A stretch of 64,000 nucleotides of DNA from an uncultured archaeon (GTDB lineage Archaea; Asgardarchaeota; Lokiarchaeia; Sigyniarchaeales; SOKP01). Location of the stretch: the NCBI GenBank assembly GCA_964486045.1, contig CAZALK010000007.1, positions 1-64,000 of the forward strand, read 5' to 3'. Below, one piece after another: positions 49,501-59,399 of this stretch. Made by a program: the position numbers and the translations under genes. The notes under the pieces were generated by a model. It was not told the DNA's origin. It did not search any database and saw only the letters and a list, made by a program, of their open reading frames with translations. The stretch's first letter is position 1, and each line of letters starts with the position of its first letter.

Positions 49501-50553
49501 TTATTTTTTCAATAATTTGAATTTACGCTGCAGTAATTTCACTACTTGTGGTAACACATACAAACGAATTTCATCGTCTTTTTTAATAAGGACTTCTAAG
49601 ATCCTGTAAATAGTCTGATAATCAATGTCATCAATTTTAATTTTAAAAGATTTAAAATAATAATTTACATATATTTTTTCAATCGACCAAATTAAATGTT
49701 TTGGATCCAGTGTTGAAGATATAAAATAAAGTCTAATATCCTTGATTTTCCTATAATATTGGGTTAGATGTAAAATAAAATCGTCAATGTTTGTTAAATT
49801 AATTAAATTCTCCAATTTATCTTTGTCTAAAAATAAAAAATTATCAACCAAAAATTGGGATAACAATTTTGGATCAATCTTGTTAATGATGCCTCTATAT
49901 ATCGTATTTAAATTATATATTTCTGTAGTATATTTGACATATAAAGAGATCATCTTTTTTTCTTTTTTGTCCAATACCTTTATTTCCTTCTTTAAATTTT
50001 CGTAGTATAATTGATCTAAAAATGCTTCTAATACAAAAACTTCATTTTCATTTTTAAAGTAAAGAATTCCTTCTCTTATTGCTCTATTATACTTAGTGTC
50101 TTTCAAATATAGTTGAATTTCATCTAATGAGGAAATTTCAGTTAATCTTTTAATAAAATCCGAATTATTCAAGTATTTCTCTGCAGTTTGGTTAACCATT
50201 GATAACTTTTCATCTGCATTCATCTCTAATATAGTCCCTAAAATGATATTCTTAATATTCCTAATTTCATATTTCAGTAAATAATTTCTTAGAAACCTCT
50301 TCATGTTTATTGGAGTATATGATAAAATTCTTCCTATTAATTTAATATACATTTCAACTAGAGCAACTTCGATATCTTCGATAGTGTATGTATTAATGCT
50401 TAATCCTGGGTAATACATTCTAATAAACTCAATAAGTTGTTTGATTTCAGTAATTTGTTTTAACTTTTGAAGAGTTAAATCATCTATAATTAATTGTTTT
50501 AGAAAAACAATTTTAATGTAAGTAAAAGCGTAAGAATTTACAACAACACTCAT
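49501..50553 (-). CDS. atpC: A/V-type ATPase subunit C (d)
   Basis: L.KYEI.NIK.I, L..T.Y, LEA.LD..YY..L, EIYNL..IYRG; operon position. Confidence 0.85.
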   Translation of the reverse strand: MSVVVNSYAFTYIKIVFLKQLIIDDLTLQKLKQITEIKQLIEFIRMYYPGLSINTYTIEDIEVALVEMYIKLIGRILSYTPINMKRFLRNYLLKYEIRNIKNIILGTILEMNADEKLSMVNQTAEKYLNNSDFIKRLTEISSLDEIQLYLKDTKYNRAIREGILYFKNENEVFVLEAFLDQLYYENLKKEIKVLDKKEKKMISLYVKYTTEIYNLNTIYRGIINKIDPKLLSQFLVDNFLFLDKDKLENLINLTNIDDFILHLTQYYRKIKDIRLYFISSTLDPKHLIWSIEKIYVNYYFKSFKIKIDDIDYQTIYRILEVLIKKDDEIRLYVLPQVVKLLQRKFKLLKK

Positions 50554-50672
50554 TTAAGAATTCACCAATGCGAAGGGATAAATTGAAGATAAACTTTAAG
50601 AATACTCATCACTCCGATATCTGCATCCTAGATAAATCTTTTTGAATAATCAAGTATAAAGATTTTTGCATT

Positions 50673-51038
50673 TTACGCTGGACTCGGTATTTTAGTCCAT
50701 AATAAAATCGCTACGATTAATCCGTATACCGCTAATGCCTCACATAATGCCACAACTAAAAAAGCCTTAAAAAAAGCTTCTTCTCGTTCGGATAGAGAAG
50801 AAATTGCGGCAGTACCAACAGTTCTGATAGCCCAAGCGCTTCCTAATACTGCTGAACTTACCGAAATCGCAGTAGCTATCGCTAAAGATATCGTTGTCGC
50901 AGTATCATAGTATGCTAAATTGGGGTCTGTTTGAGCGGCTACAAATGAAATGATCCCGTTAGATGTAAAAATTACTAACAAAATCAAAACGATTTGGAAT
51001 GATCCGAGTAATACATAAAATTTCTGTTTACCTTTCAT
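50673..51038 (-). CDS. atpK: A/V-type ATPase proteolipid subunit K (c)
   Basis: Hairpin with ion-binding Glu in VALCEALAVYGLIVAILL, plus an extra N-terminal hydrophobic segment. Confidence 0.93.
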   Translation of the reverse strand: MKGKQKFYVLLGSFQIVLILLVIFTSNGIISFVAAQTDPNLAYYDTATTISLAIATAISVSSAVLGSAWAIRTVGTAAISSLSEREEAFFKAFLVVALCEALAVYGLIVAILLWTKIPSPA

Positions 51039-51176
51039 ACTTCTTACATCCTTGTTTAAGTTTAATTTAATTTATAATTTTAAATTTGAATAATATAATT
51101 TAGCGTATAAATTTTCTCATTTCAAGAGAAAAAATGTAGAACCAATACTTAGCTCTAAAAATTAGTAAAAAAAATT

Positions 51177-51821
51177 CTATTGGTACAATAAAATTCTTAT
51201 TAAATCAGCAATATCATGGATTTTGTCGCACATACTCTCCAGTAAAACGATACTGTCTCTAATTCTGAGAAGCTTTCGTATATCTAAGCTCTCGTCAGAG
51301 TATAAGTGTTCTAGAAACTGTCGATATATTATATCAACTTCATTTTCAATCTCGTGAATCATTGTAGTGTTGTTAAAAACAATTTCGGGATTACCTGAAT
51401 CTCTAAGGCTTTTTATTGTAGATTTTAAGACGTCACCCATATTAATGGTCTTATTAATTAATTTTTCATACCTATTCTTTATATCATCATCCTTTCTGTC
51501 GTCTAATTTAATTTTAGGCAGCATATCAACAAACTCAAGTGGATAATTTATCACGTTGTCCATTCGGAGAATCAGAGCAACATAGTCTCCTAGTCCATGA
51601 GCACCAGCTTCAGCATAATTCTGGATCAATTGAATTTTAATACCATCTGCATCCTCTTCACGTAATTGCATTTTTATTTTTTTCTTATCTAAGCTCTCTT
51701 TGTTAGATTCATAGTCTTTCGCCCAGGTTGAATAATAAACACCCATATCTGATATCGTAGAGTACAATATTCTAGAATGCTCAATGAGCATCGAAACAAT
51801 TTCGTCTTTAATTTTGTTCAT
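51177..51821 (-). CDS. DUF47 / PhoU-like phosphate transport regulator
   Basis: Duplicated E..AD / E.E.D helical motifs; LE..CD...DIAD. Confidence 0.8.
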   Translation of the reverse strand: MNKIKDEIVSMLIEHSRILYSTISDMGVYYSTWAKDYESNKESLDKKKIKMQLREEDADGIKIQLIQNYAEAGAHGLGDYVALILRMDNVINYPLEFVDMLPKIKLDDRKDDDIKNRYEKLINKTINMGDVLKSTIKSLRDSGNPEIVFNNTTMIHEIENEVDIIYRQFLEHLYSDESLDIRKLLRIRDSIVLLESMCDKIHDIADLIRILLYQ

Positions 51822-52024
51822 AAGAAATTTGCAACTATATTTAATTTTCTTCTATTAACCTAAATGATTAGATAAATAAAAATATAGGTTTGTTGAAAAT
51901 AAACGGTAATAAGCCCATTATTGCGCCTCACCATCAATTTTCTAATTAGTATTTGAATGATAAATGATTTTTAAACATAAAATTACCTTTGATTTTAGAA
52001 TTTAATAAATTAATGTGGATAAAT

Positions 52025-52810
52025 ATGGAATATAAGCATCTTTTGATTGAAAAGCGTGATGATCATATAGCTATAGTTACACTTAACCGTCCAGATCAGC
52101 TCAACGCACTCAATTCAACTTTAATGCGTGAAATTGAACAAGTAACAGGAGAATTTCAAAGAGATACAGAAACTCGTGTAGTAATCTTTACCGGTGCGGG
52201 TAAGTATTTTAGTGTGGGAGCAGATTTAAAAGAACAAAGAAGTCCTTCTACATTACTTGAACAAACAAGGGCCAAACAAATAGGACCAAGAATGATACGT
52301 AAAATATTTATGATTGACCAAATTACGATAGCTGCCATTAACGGTGGGGCTCTGGGCGGTGGAGCATGTATTGTTTCCGCATGTGATTTTCGAATTGGGG
52401 CTGAAGGTTGTATGTCAGGTTTTCCAGAATCTAGGTTAGGGATGAATTTATCATGGGTTTCTGTCCCTCTAGTGGTTCATTTAATAGGACCTACGTTTGC
52501 AAAAGAAATGATTATATTGGGTAAAAATAATGATGCCCAAACACTTCTTAAGTGGGGATTCATAAGTGAGATAGTACCAAGGGAGGGATTGTTAGAAAGG
52601 GCTATAGAGATTGCAAGAAACTATGTAGAAATGCCACCTATTCCTGCTCAGATGATAAAAAAAAGCATTAACCACATCATTGGTGCTCTAGATCAAGCAA
52701 TAATGCACATGGATGCGGATCAACATTCATTGACAATGAAAACAGAGGATTTAAGAGAAGGGATTGCTGCATTCTTTGGCAAGCGTAAAGGCAATTATAA
52801 AGGAAATTAA
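52025..52810 (+). CDS. Enoyl-CoA hydratase/isomerase (crotonase family)
   Basis: TLNRPDQLNAL, FSVGADL, IAAINGGALGGG, PE.RLG, EGIAAF.GKR. Confidence 0.93.
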   Translation: MEYKHLLIEKRDDHIAIVTLNRPDQLNALNSTLMREIEQVTGEFQRDTETRVVIFTGAGKYFSVGADLKEQRSPSTLLEQTRAKQIGPRMIRKIFMIDQITIAAINGGALGGGACIVSACDFRIGAEGCMSGFPESRLGMNLSWVSVPLVVHLIGPTFAKEMIILGKNNDAQTLLKWGFISEIVPREGLLERAIEIARNYVEMPPIPAQMIKKSINHIIGALDQAIMHMDADQHSLTMKTEDLREGIAAFFGKRKGNYKGN

Positions 52811-53035
52811 GAAGAATTATAGTTACAATATATTTTCCTTATTTTTTTTATTATATTACTTCAATTAGAAATCGATTATTCAAATTAAGAGACAAAAAAC
52901 ATGAAATTTTATATTTGAGAATAAAATATATTTAAAATAAAGAAATTATATAAATAATTAAATTGTTAATGTGATTTGAATAATCTTAACCAGAACATTT
53001 CTACCTAAATTACAATTTATTTTCGGAGAGGAAAA

Positions 53036-53695
53036 TTGAAGAGCATCCGGAAAACTATAAGGAATTGGAAACAATATGGAGAACTTTCAGATTTAGGTGA
53101 AATTTCTCGTCGTAAGTTTTTTAACAATTGCTTTGATGGAGCATTAACTTGTGCTGGTATTGTTAGTGGTATATTTATAATATTTCTGGGTCCAAAATCA
53201 GATCTATTTACCCCTCAAAATGTCTTGATTACAGGCATTATGACGACCATTGCGATTGGTCTCTCTGGGTTGTGGGGGGCTTTCCTGTCTGAGGAGGCTG
53301 AGCGTAGGAAAAAGTTATCAGATATGAAAAGAGATATGGCAATCATTGAGGATACAATTGAGGTTGCTGAAGAAGGTAACGGTAAGAAGAAAAATAAAGT
53401 TCCCAAAACGCTCCTCGAAAAAGCTGAGAGTTTTGCTACTATTGTTGCATCTCTGGTAGATGGGGGTGCTCCTGCCGTCGGTAGTCTGCTTCCACTAATT
53501 CCATTTTTCTTTGGGGCGACGTTAACGATTATGCATTTTATGTTTTCCTATGTTATTCTTGCGGGGTTACTCGTATATTTAGGAATATTTTTAGGAAATA
53601 TTTCGGGGGGAGGAAAATTAAGATATGCACTCCACTTAGTAACTGCTGGGGTAGTAACATTGTTAATTAGTTTATTGCTTGGTCAAATAACTTAA
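53036..53695 (+). CDS. VIT1/CCC1 family transporter
   Basis: RRKFFNNCFDGALT, SG..GAFLSE.AER, PLIPFFF; TM helices. Confidence 0.8.
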   Translation: MKSIRKTIRNWKQYGELSDLGEISRRKFFNNCFDGALTCAGIVSGIFIIFLGPKSDLFTPQNVLITGIMTTIAIGLSGLWGAFLSEEAERRKKLSDMKRDMAIIEDTIEVAEEGNGKKKNKVPKTLLEKAESFATIVASLVDGGAPAVGSLLPLIPFFFGATLTIMHFMFSYVILAGLLVYLGIFLGNISGGGKLRYALHLVTAGVVTLLISLLLGQIT

Positions 53696-53751
53696 AAATA
53701 CCCCATGTAAGATTTTTTATTTTATTATTATATTTGTGAATAAAAGGAACG

Positions 53752-54321
53752 GTGGATATAATGGACAGAGGGATACTCTTCTTGGCTAATGAAGTAGCAT
53801 TAGACGTATATAGGGGAGCTATGAACGGTCTAAAGAGAAGTTATTTAAAACGGGGGTTTGTTTTAGTAGAATTGTTTGATACATTGGTATTTCGTGGGGA
53901 TTTAAGCGTATTAGGGAACTTTACGGAGGATCATATGCAATCTTTTGATGAGAAACAGGCTCTTGGGAGAGAGTTCCTATTCGTAATTGGAGGTTCTCTT
54001 GATGATGCGTTAAGAGAAGAACTTAATAAATTTCCTATGTTTAATTATGGATATTGGAAGATCTATGATATACCAGCACTCATATTATTAATTCATAAAG
54101 GTTCCAAAACACAAGACTATAATAACATATTAAGACAATCTGGGGCCAAAGAAATATTTGAATCGTCATATATAATTAATAGCAATGTTTTAGAATTTAT
54201 AAACCAGCAGTTTGAGGTAGAGGAAGATTCAAATACATGTTTTACAACATTCAGATGCTATCCTATAGGTGGAGTAGTTTCTGTAGATACATGGAAAAAC
54301 TCTTTCTATAAAGTTTATTAG
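53752..54321 (+). CDS. Hypothetical protein
   Basis: 189-aa ORF; no recognised motif. Confidence 0.6.
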   Translation: MDIMDRGILFLANEVALDVYRGAMNGLKRSYLKRGFVLVELFDTLVFRGDLSVLGNFTEDHMQSFDEKQALGREFLFVIGGSLDDALREELNKFPMFNYGYWKIYDIPALILLIHKGSKTQDYNNILRQSGAKEIFESSYIINSNVLEFINQQFEVEEDSNTCFTTFRCYPIGGVVSVDTWKNSFYKVY

Positions 54322-54434
54322 ATTATTTAGACTCTACATAAATTTTTAGATGGTTCTTAGCTTTTTTTATTTGGTAAATTTTATCTTTTAAGTTTCATTT
54401 TTATTATCATAATTAAAGAACGACGAGATTAGAT

Positions 54435-55241
54435 TTGAAAGCATTTATAGGAATAGATATTGGCTCATTAGCAACCAAGATTGCTTTACTTGATAATGAA
54501 AATTTGTTGGATTTCCGAACAGAGAGATCTACCTACGACTTTAAGAGAATAGGGCTCAATTTGTTTAATGATATCCTAGAAGCAAACAATCTAAGCAGAG
54601 ATGAAGTTTTTGTTATGTCGACTGGCTACGGTCGGAACACAATCGAATTCGCTGATGATCGAATTACTGAAATAACAGCCCACGCAAGAGGAGTACAGTT
54701 CTTCTTTCCAAAGACTCACTCTGTGATAGACATTGGCGGTCAAGATAGTAAAGCCATTTTGATATCAGAAAAGACGGGGAATGTGATTGACTTTCAGATG
54801 AATGATAAATTTAGAATTTAAATTTTAAAGTCAAAATGCGCTGCCGGCACAGGCAGGTTTTTGGAAGTCATGGCAAATGCCCTTGAAGTCCCCATTGAGG
54901 ATATTGGAGGATTAGGTCTACAATCAAATAACCCAGCGTCAATAAGTTCTACATGTACAGTTTTTGCTGAATCTGAAGTTATTTCACTTTTTGCAAAAGG
55001 AACCAAGAAAGAAAATATAGCCTCAGGGATTCATAAATCCATTGCAAGAAGAGTTGCAGGCATGGCTAAACGTATAGGTGTAGCTCCTTTACTAGTTTTT
55101 TGTGGAGGTGTAGCCAAGAATATAGCTGTTAAAAAATTCCTAGAAGATGAGTTAGGATTTGAAATAGTTACTCCTGATCAACCAGAACTGACTGGAGCCA
55201 TCGGAGCAGCCTTAATTGCTCAAAAAAATAATGGTGACTAA
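54435..55241 (+). CDS. Acyl-CoA dehydratase activator (HgdC/BadF-BcrD, ASKHA ATPase with [4Fe-4S]); join(54435..54808,54836..55241), 259 aa after removing a 27-nt insert
   Basis: GIDIGS..TK, STGYGR, TEITAHARG, IDIGGQDSK, MNDK|CAAGTGRFLE, ISSTCTVFAESEVI, GGVAKN, GAIGAAL. Both halves are in the same frame. Confidence 0.93.
54809..54835 (+). other. Candidate bulge-helix-bulge (BHB) mRNA intron, 27 nt
   Basis: UGAU-AAA-UUUAGAAU(UUAA)AUUUUAAA-GUCA-AAA: 4-bp central helix, two 3-nt bulges, 8-bp intron stem. Contains an in-frame TAA. Canonical cuts restore the frame and motif. Confidence 0.8.
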
Positions 55242-55326
55242 ATTTTTTTTGCATTTATTCTTTATATCAAGAAATTTTATGAGCAATTAACTCCTTTTTG
55301 ATTATTAATTCAACATTATTTTATTT

Positions 55327-56463
55327 ATGAAAATGGCCAATTCTGAGCTCTTATCGGAATATTATATATACCTTAAGGAAAAGAAGGAAAAGGGTAAAAA
55401 AATTGTAGCTTTTATGTCTCATGATAATATTCCTGAAGAATTAATAGACGCTGCGGGATTTGTTCCCTTAAGGATGATTTTTGCGGGAAATGATGAATTA
55501 ATGGATGCTAGTCATGATTTCCTCTCTCCGTCAACTTGTGCATTCGCTCAATCTTGTATAGGGGCGTTTTCCATTAAACCAGACAAATATAAGTTTGTAG
55601 AATTAATTGATTATTTTATTGTCTCAAATCATTGTGTTTCAGATATATGTGCTTCTGAAGTTATAGCCAAATACTTTAACATACCCCGCTTAAATTTTTA
55701 TGTTTCATACACTAACACTGAGAGTAGTTTAAAATATTTTAAAATTGAGTTATTAGAATTAAAAGCACAACTTGAAGAGATAAAAGAAACCAAAATAGAT
55801 GCTCAAGATTTAATAAATAGTATTAAGAATTATAATAGTCTTAAGCAAAAGTTATTAGAATTAAGCAATTTAGCAGTGGAGGGGTCTCAGAAGTTAAAGA
55901 TTTTACAAAAAGCGATGTTATACGGACCAGATATCCTTCCTGAATTAGAAACACTTATTCAAGAAAAGAAAAATATCCATAAACCAAGCCATTCCAAAGA
56001 TATTTTACTTACTGGTTGTTCTATTTTCATTGATGATTACTTAAATGAATTAATTGAAGAGGGTGGTGGCAACGTGATCTTTTTTGATACATGGGTTGGC
56101 TTTAATTATTATTCCCAAATCTTTGAAGAAAATGTGCTAGATTCTTCAAAAGATCCGATTGACTTAATAACCCATCGATTTAAGAGAAATATTTATGGAG
56201 ATCATTCAGTTCCTAACTTTTTGGAGAGTAAGATTTCACAAATAGAAACATATTCGAAGAACTATACAAATAAAACGGGAAAGAAAATAGGTGTTATAAA
56301 TCACATTATTAAGTTTTGTGACCATATGTCTATTATGTCCTCACATTTAAAAAACCTATTACAGGAAAAGGGTATTTCAGTATTGAACCTTGAACGAGAT
56401 TATTCTAGAGCCAATAGAGGACAGTTATCAACAAGAATAGAAGCATTTATAGAGATGTTGTGA
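55327..56463 (+). CDS. 2-hydroxyacyl-CoA dehydratase subunit (HgdA/B, HGD-D family)
   Basis: IPEELIDAAG..P, C.F..SC.G, KFCD, L.LE.DY....GQL.TRIEAF.EM. Confidence 0.9.
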   Translation: MKMANSELLSEYYIYLKEKKEKGKKIVAFMSHDNIPEELIDAAGFVPLRMIFAGNDELMDASHDFLSPSTCAFAQSCIGAFSIKPDKYKFVELIDYFIVSNHCVSDICASEVIAKYFNIPRLNFYVSYTNTESSLKYFKIELLELKAQLEEIKETKIDAQDLINSIKNYNSLKQKLLELSNLAVEGSQKLKILQKAMLYGPDILPELETLIQEKKNIHKPSHSKDILLTGCSIFIDDYLNELIEEGGGNVIFFDTWVGFNYYSQIFEENVLDSSKDPIDLITHRFKRNIYGDHSVPNFLESKISQIETYSKNYTNKTGKKIGVINHIIKFCDHMSIMSSHLKNLLQEKGISVLNLERDYSRANRGQLSTRIEAFIEML

Positions 56464-57827
56464 AAAAGATGAGTTTAGTAGCGGATGAATTGATAAGATT
56501 TTCCTCTGTTTTAAAGATAACCCATAATCTTTTAATGGGAAGAGATTACCTTAAGAAAAAAAAGTTTAGAGAGAAAAAGAAGTTAATAGCCGTAGCCTTA
56601 CCTCTTTCGGACTTAGTTTATTCTTTCCCAGATTTAATTCCAATATTACCAATACGAATGCATGAATTTGATGTTCAAAAATATTTCAAATATTTAGGTT
56701 CTGCTTCAAATATTGTTGGGTGGGACGGTGTTTCTAGCCTTTTAGGTTTTTTGAAAAAACTAGGTTTAAAAAATGTCAGCCAAACCATCGATGATACAAT
56801 TGAAAATGTAATCGATGCCATAACCAACAAATATAATGAAATGTATGACTTAGGTGAAGAAAGTGGAATCCCCACGGATTTTTGTTACGGTGTTAAAACG
56901 CTCTACGGAATGAATGTATCAAAAGGAAAGAACTGTGCTGCGAATTTAAATTATACTATACGATGTAGTGCTTGGAATAAATATTTAGAATCATTAAAAA
57001 CAATTGGAAATCATTCTAAGCAAATTTGGATTGAAATTCCTCCAAGGAATATAGGAAATACATTAGAACTTTTTATTGATAACATAAACAATGGGATAAA
57101 TGAGTTAGAGAAAATTAGCGATCACGGTTATAGTGATAAAGTCTTTAGAGATCATCTACAAACTGCCAATCAAATACGTCAGTCTTACAAAGATATTATT
57201 TATGAAATAAGTACTTCGGATTTTTATCCATGCAATCCAGCAACCTTTAGTGAAATTCTCGCGTTATTAAATATTAGCTTTCATGATTACAATTCAAATG
57301 CTACTCGATTTAAAGATAATATTGCTTCTTTATTAAATGAGATGAGAGGGAGGGTAAGAAAAGGCATTGGGATGGATGTTTCCGGAATGCCCAAAATATT
57401 AATTACACCCATGTTCGGTGGTTGGGAACCGAAGACGCATCGGATAATCGCGGAGAAGAATGGGAGAGCTTTGTACGGAGACTGGGATATGTTAGGTTTC
57501 TTAGACCATGTCCCGATAACAAATCGTGTTGATCCTGTTGAGGCTTATGCGAGATTTTTGATGGATATTACTGCAAACGGAATAGGCTGTGACAATAACA
57601 CGCTTACAGATTCATATGTAAGATTAGCTAAGAACCTAAATGTAGATGGATTGGTTTTTGTGCAGGTCTTTGGGTGTCACTCTATATCAAATTGCTATCC
57701 CATGCTAAAACAAAAAATTCATTCAGAATTGGAGATACCAACAATATCCTTGACTTTTAATAAAATGGGGGAAAATTTAGAGCAAGTTCGTACCAGACTC
57801 GGTGCATTCATGGAGATGTACAAATAA
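56460..57827 (+). CDS. 2-hydroxyacyl-CoA dehydratase subunit (HGD-D family)
   Basis: DFCYG, RC, VDG.V....GCHS, EQ.RTRLGAFMEM. Confidence 0.88.
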   Translation: MKKMSLVADELIRFSSVLKITHNLLMGRDYLKKKKFREKKKLIAVALPLSDLVYSFPDLIPILPIRMHEFDVQKYFKYLGSASNIVGWDGVSSLLGFLKKLGLKNVSQTIDDTIENVIDAITNKYNEMYDLGEESGIPTDFCYGVKTLYGMNVSKGKNCAANLNYTIRCSAWNKYLESLKTIGNHSKQIWIEIPPRNIGNTLELFIDNINNGINELEKISDHGYSDKVFRDHLQTANQIRQSYKDIIYEISTSDFYPCNPATFSEILALLNISFHDYNSNATRFKDNIASLLNEMRGRVRKGIGMDVSGMPKILITPMFGGWEPKTHRIIAEKNGRALYGDWDMLGFLDHVPITNRVDPVEAYARFLMDITANGIGCDNNTLTDSYVRLAKNLNVDGLVFVQVFGCHSISNCYPMLKQKIHSELEIPTISLTFNKMGENLEQVRTRLGAFMEMYK

Positions 57828-58264
57828 ATCTCTACCATATTTACAAATTTATTCCGGAGTGAATCAGCAATAATAGAGATTAAAGCATTTTTTCACTTTA
57901 TATAACTTCAGTTTGTAGTGAACTTTGGCTCAAGATTTCTTAAAGACATAAAGGTCTATAAGAATTTCACTCTTCTTCAAATCTCTTTCTTTTTCAGAAA
58001 ATTAGTTTCCAAGAAAATAAGTATAATCCTTGATGAACTTACTTTTTAATGAAATAAGCCGTTAATTAGCTTTCAGAATTTTGGCTATATAATTTAAATA
58101 AATCTATAATACCCTAAAGAATAGTAAAGATTTGTAATACTCATAAAAATATAACTAATTGCAACTAGATAATTTAAAGGAAAAATTTATCATTAACTCT
58201 TGAAGTTAACTAAAAAAGATATGAGCCTCCTAAAGACTTATTGATTAAATAGACAATACTTGGG

Positions 58265-58681
58265 CTAAGGAGCAATTATATGAGAACTAATTAAAATTAA
58301 TTCATCCCCAACTAATTTAATACTCTTATCAGATACTCGATATTTATAGTGAAAAAATCGATAGAACGAATCTTCTAATAACTCCTCCTCTTCTGGAGCC
58401 GGTTTCTCCCAACTACTTGAATCATAAAATAACACATCACCCTTTACGATAGTATAATCTTCTATTAAATCTTTAACGTCTATACCATAATGATCATTCC
58501 AGTATTTAGCATCTTGTTCTGGGATTGAGAATAATCTTGCATTGCTCTCATCGATACCAAGGTCATCAAATAAATATTCTAGACGAGATATTATATAATT
58601 TTCCAAAAACTCTCTATTTTCAATCTCAGGAGTGACTTTTTTTAATGCTAAAATAACGGACGACGACAATTCGACGGGCAA
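58265..58681 (-). CDS. Hypothetical acidic protein
   Basis: 138-aa ORF; lies between the duplicated dehydratase 3' ends. Confidence 0.55.
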   Translation of the reverse strand: MPVELSSSVILALKKVTPEIENREFLENYIISRLEYLFDDLGIDESNARLFSIPEQDAKYWNDHYGIDVKDLIEDYTIVKGDVLFYDSSSWEKPAPEEEELLEDSFYRFFHYKYRVSDKSIKLVGDELILISSHIIAP

Positions 58682-58943
58682 GATAATTATTTTTCAGTCA
58701 ACTTTTCTATTTTGCTTTATAGGGGGTATAATAGTATTATAACTTTTAAATTATATGAAATAGAACAATTTACCTTTAAAAAGATTTTCTTTAATTTTTA
58801 ATACTTGTCATTTACTTTTTCTTAAGTTCACTAAATAGTGAATCAAATTTTATTAAAAAATTATGAAAAAATTCTAAACTTTAACTACTTTTATAATGAT
58901 TAAAAAAGACTAAAAATAGTTTTGCTTTATACTCTTTGATGAC

Positions 58944-59351
58944 TTGAATTTTAGAATGGACAATATAACTAATGACTTTAGAAAAGGAAGAGCCTTGTAC
59001 GGTGACTGGGATATGCTACGATTTTTGGATAATATTCCAATTTCAAACAGAACCGACCCAGTTGAAGAATACGCTAAATTCTTAATGAACATAACTGCAA
59101 ATGGAATTGGGTGTGACAACGATACATTAACTGATTCATACGTAAGATTAGCTAAGAATTTAAAGGTTGATGGGCTTGTATTTGTACAAGTATTTGGATG
59201 TCATTCTGTATCAAATTGTTATCCTATGTTAAAAGAAAAGATACGTAATGAATTAGAGATACCAAGTATATCCCTTACTTTTAATAAAATGGGAGAAAAT
59301 GTGGAACAAATTAGCACAAGGCTCGGTGCATTCATGGAAATGTACAGATAA
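58944..59351 (+). pseudogene. Duplicated C-terminal 121 codons of the 56460-57827 dehydratase subunit
   Basis: 58986-59351 aligns without gaps to 57462-57827 (102/121 aa identical by manual count). Lacks the N-terminal ~330 aa. Confidence 0.85.
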
Positions 59352-59399
59352 ATTATTCTTTGGTTAATTAGGCACATAAAAGCTTGAAAATGGAGAATT

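Noticed and set aside
54435-55241. Two separate genes, a dead pseudogene, or a transposon footprint (AAAT is repeated at both ends of the insert)
   Set aside because: Both halves are otherwise intact and in frame. The exact 3-4-3 BHB plus stem explains the insert better. A footprint cannot be fully excluded without RNA data.
57830-58260. Possible decayed minus-strand gene
   Set aside because: Multiple stops and no identifiable family.
57450-58990. Long-range BHB alternative splicing joining the dehydratase to the duplicate 3' end (GGAG-AAG / CTTT-AGA would join in frame)
   Set aside because: The central helix would have two G-U pairs and neither flanking helix forms; likely chance.
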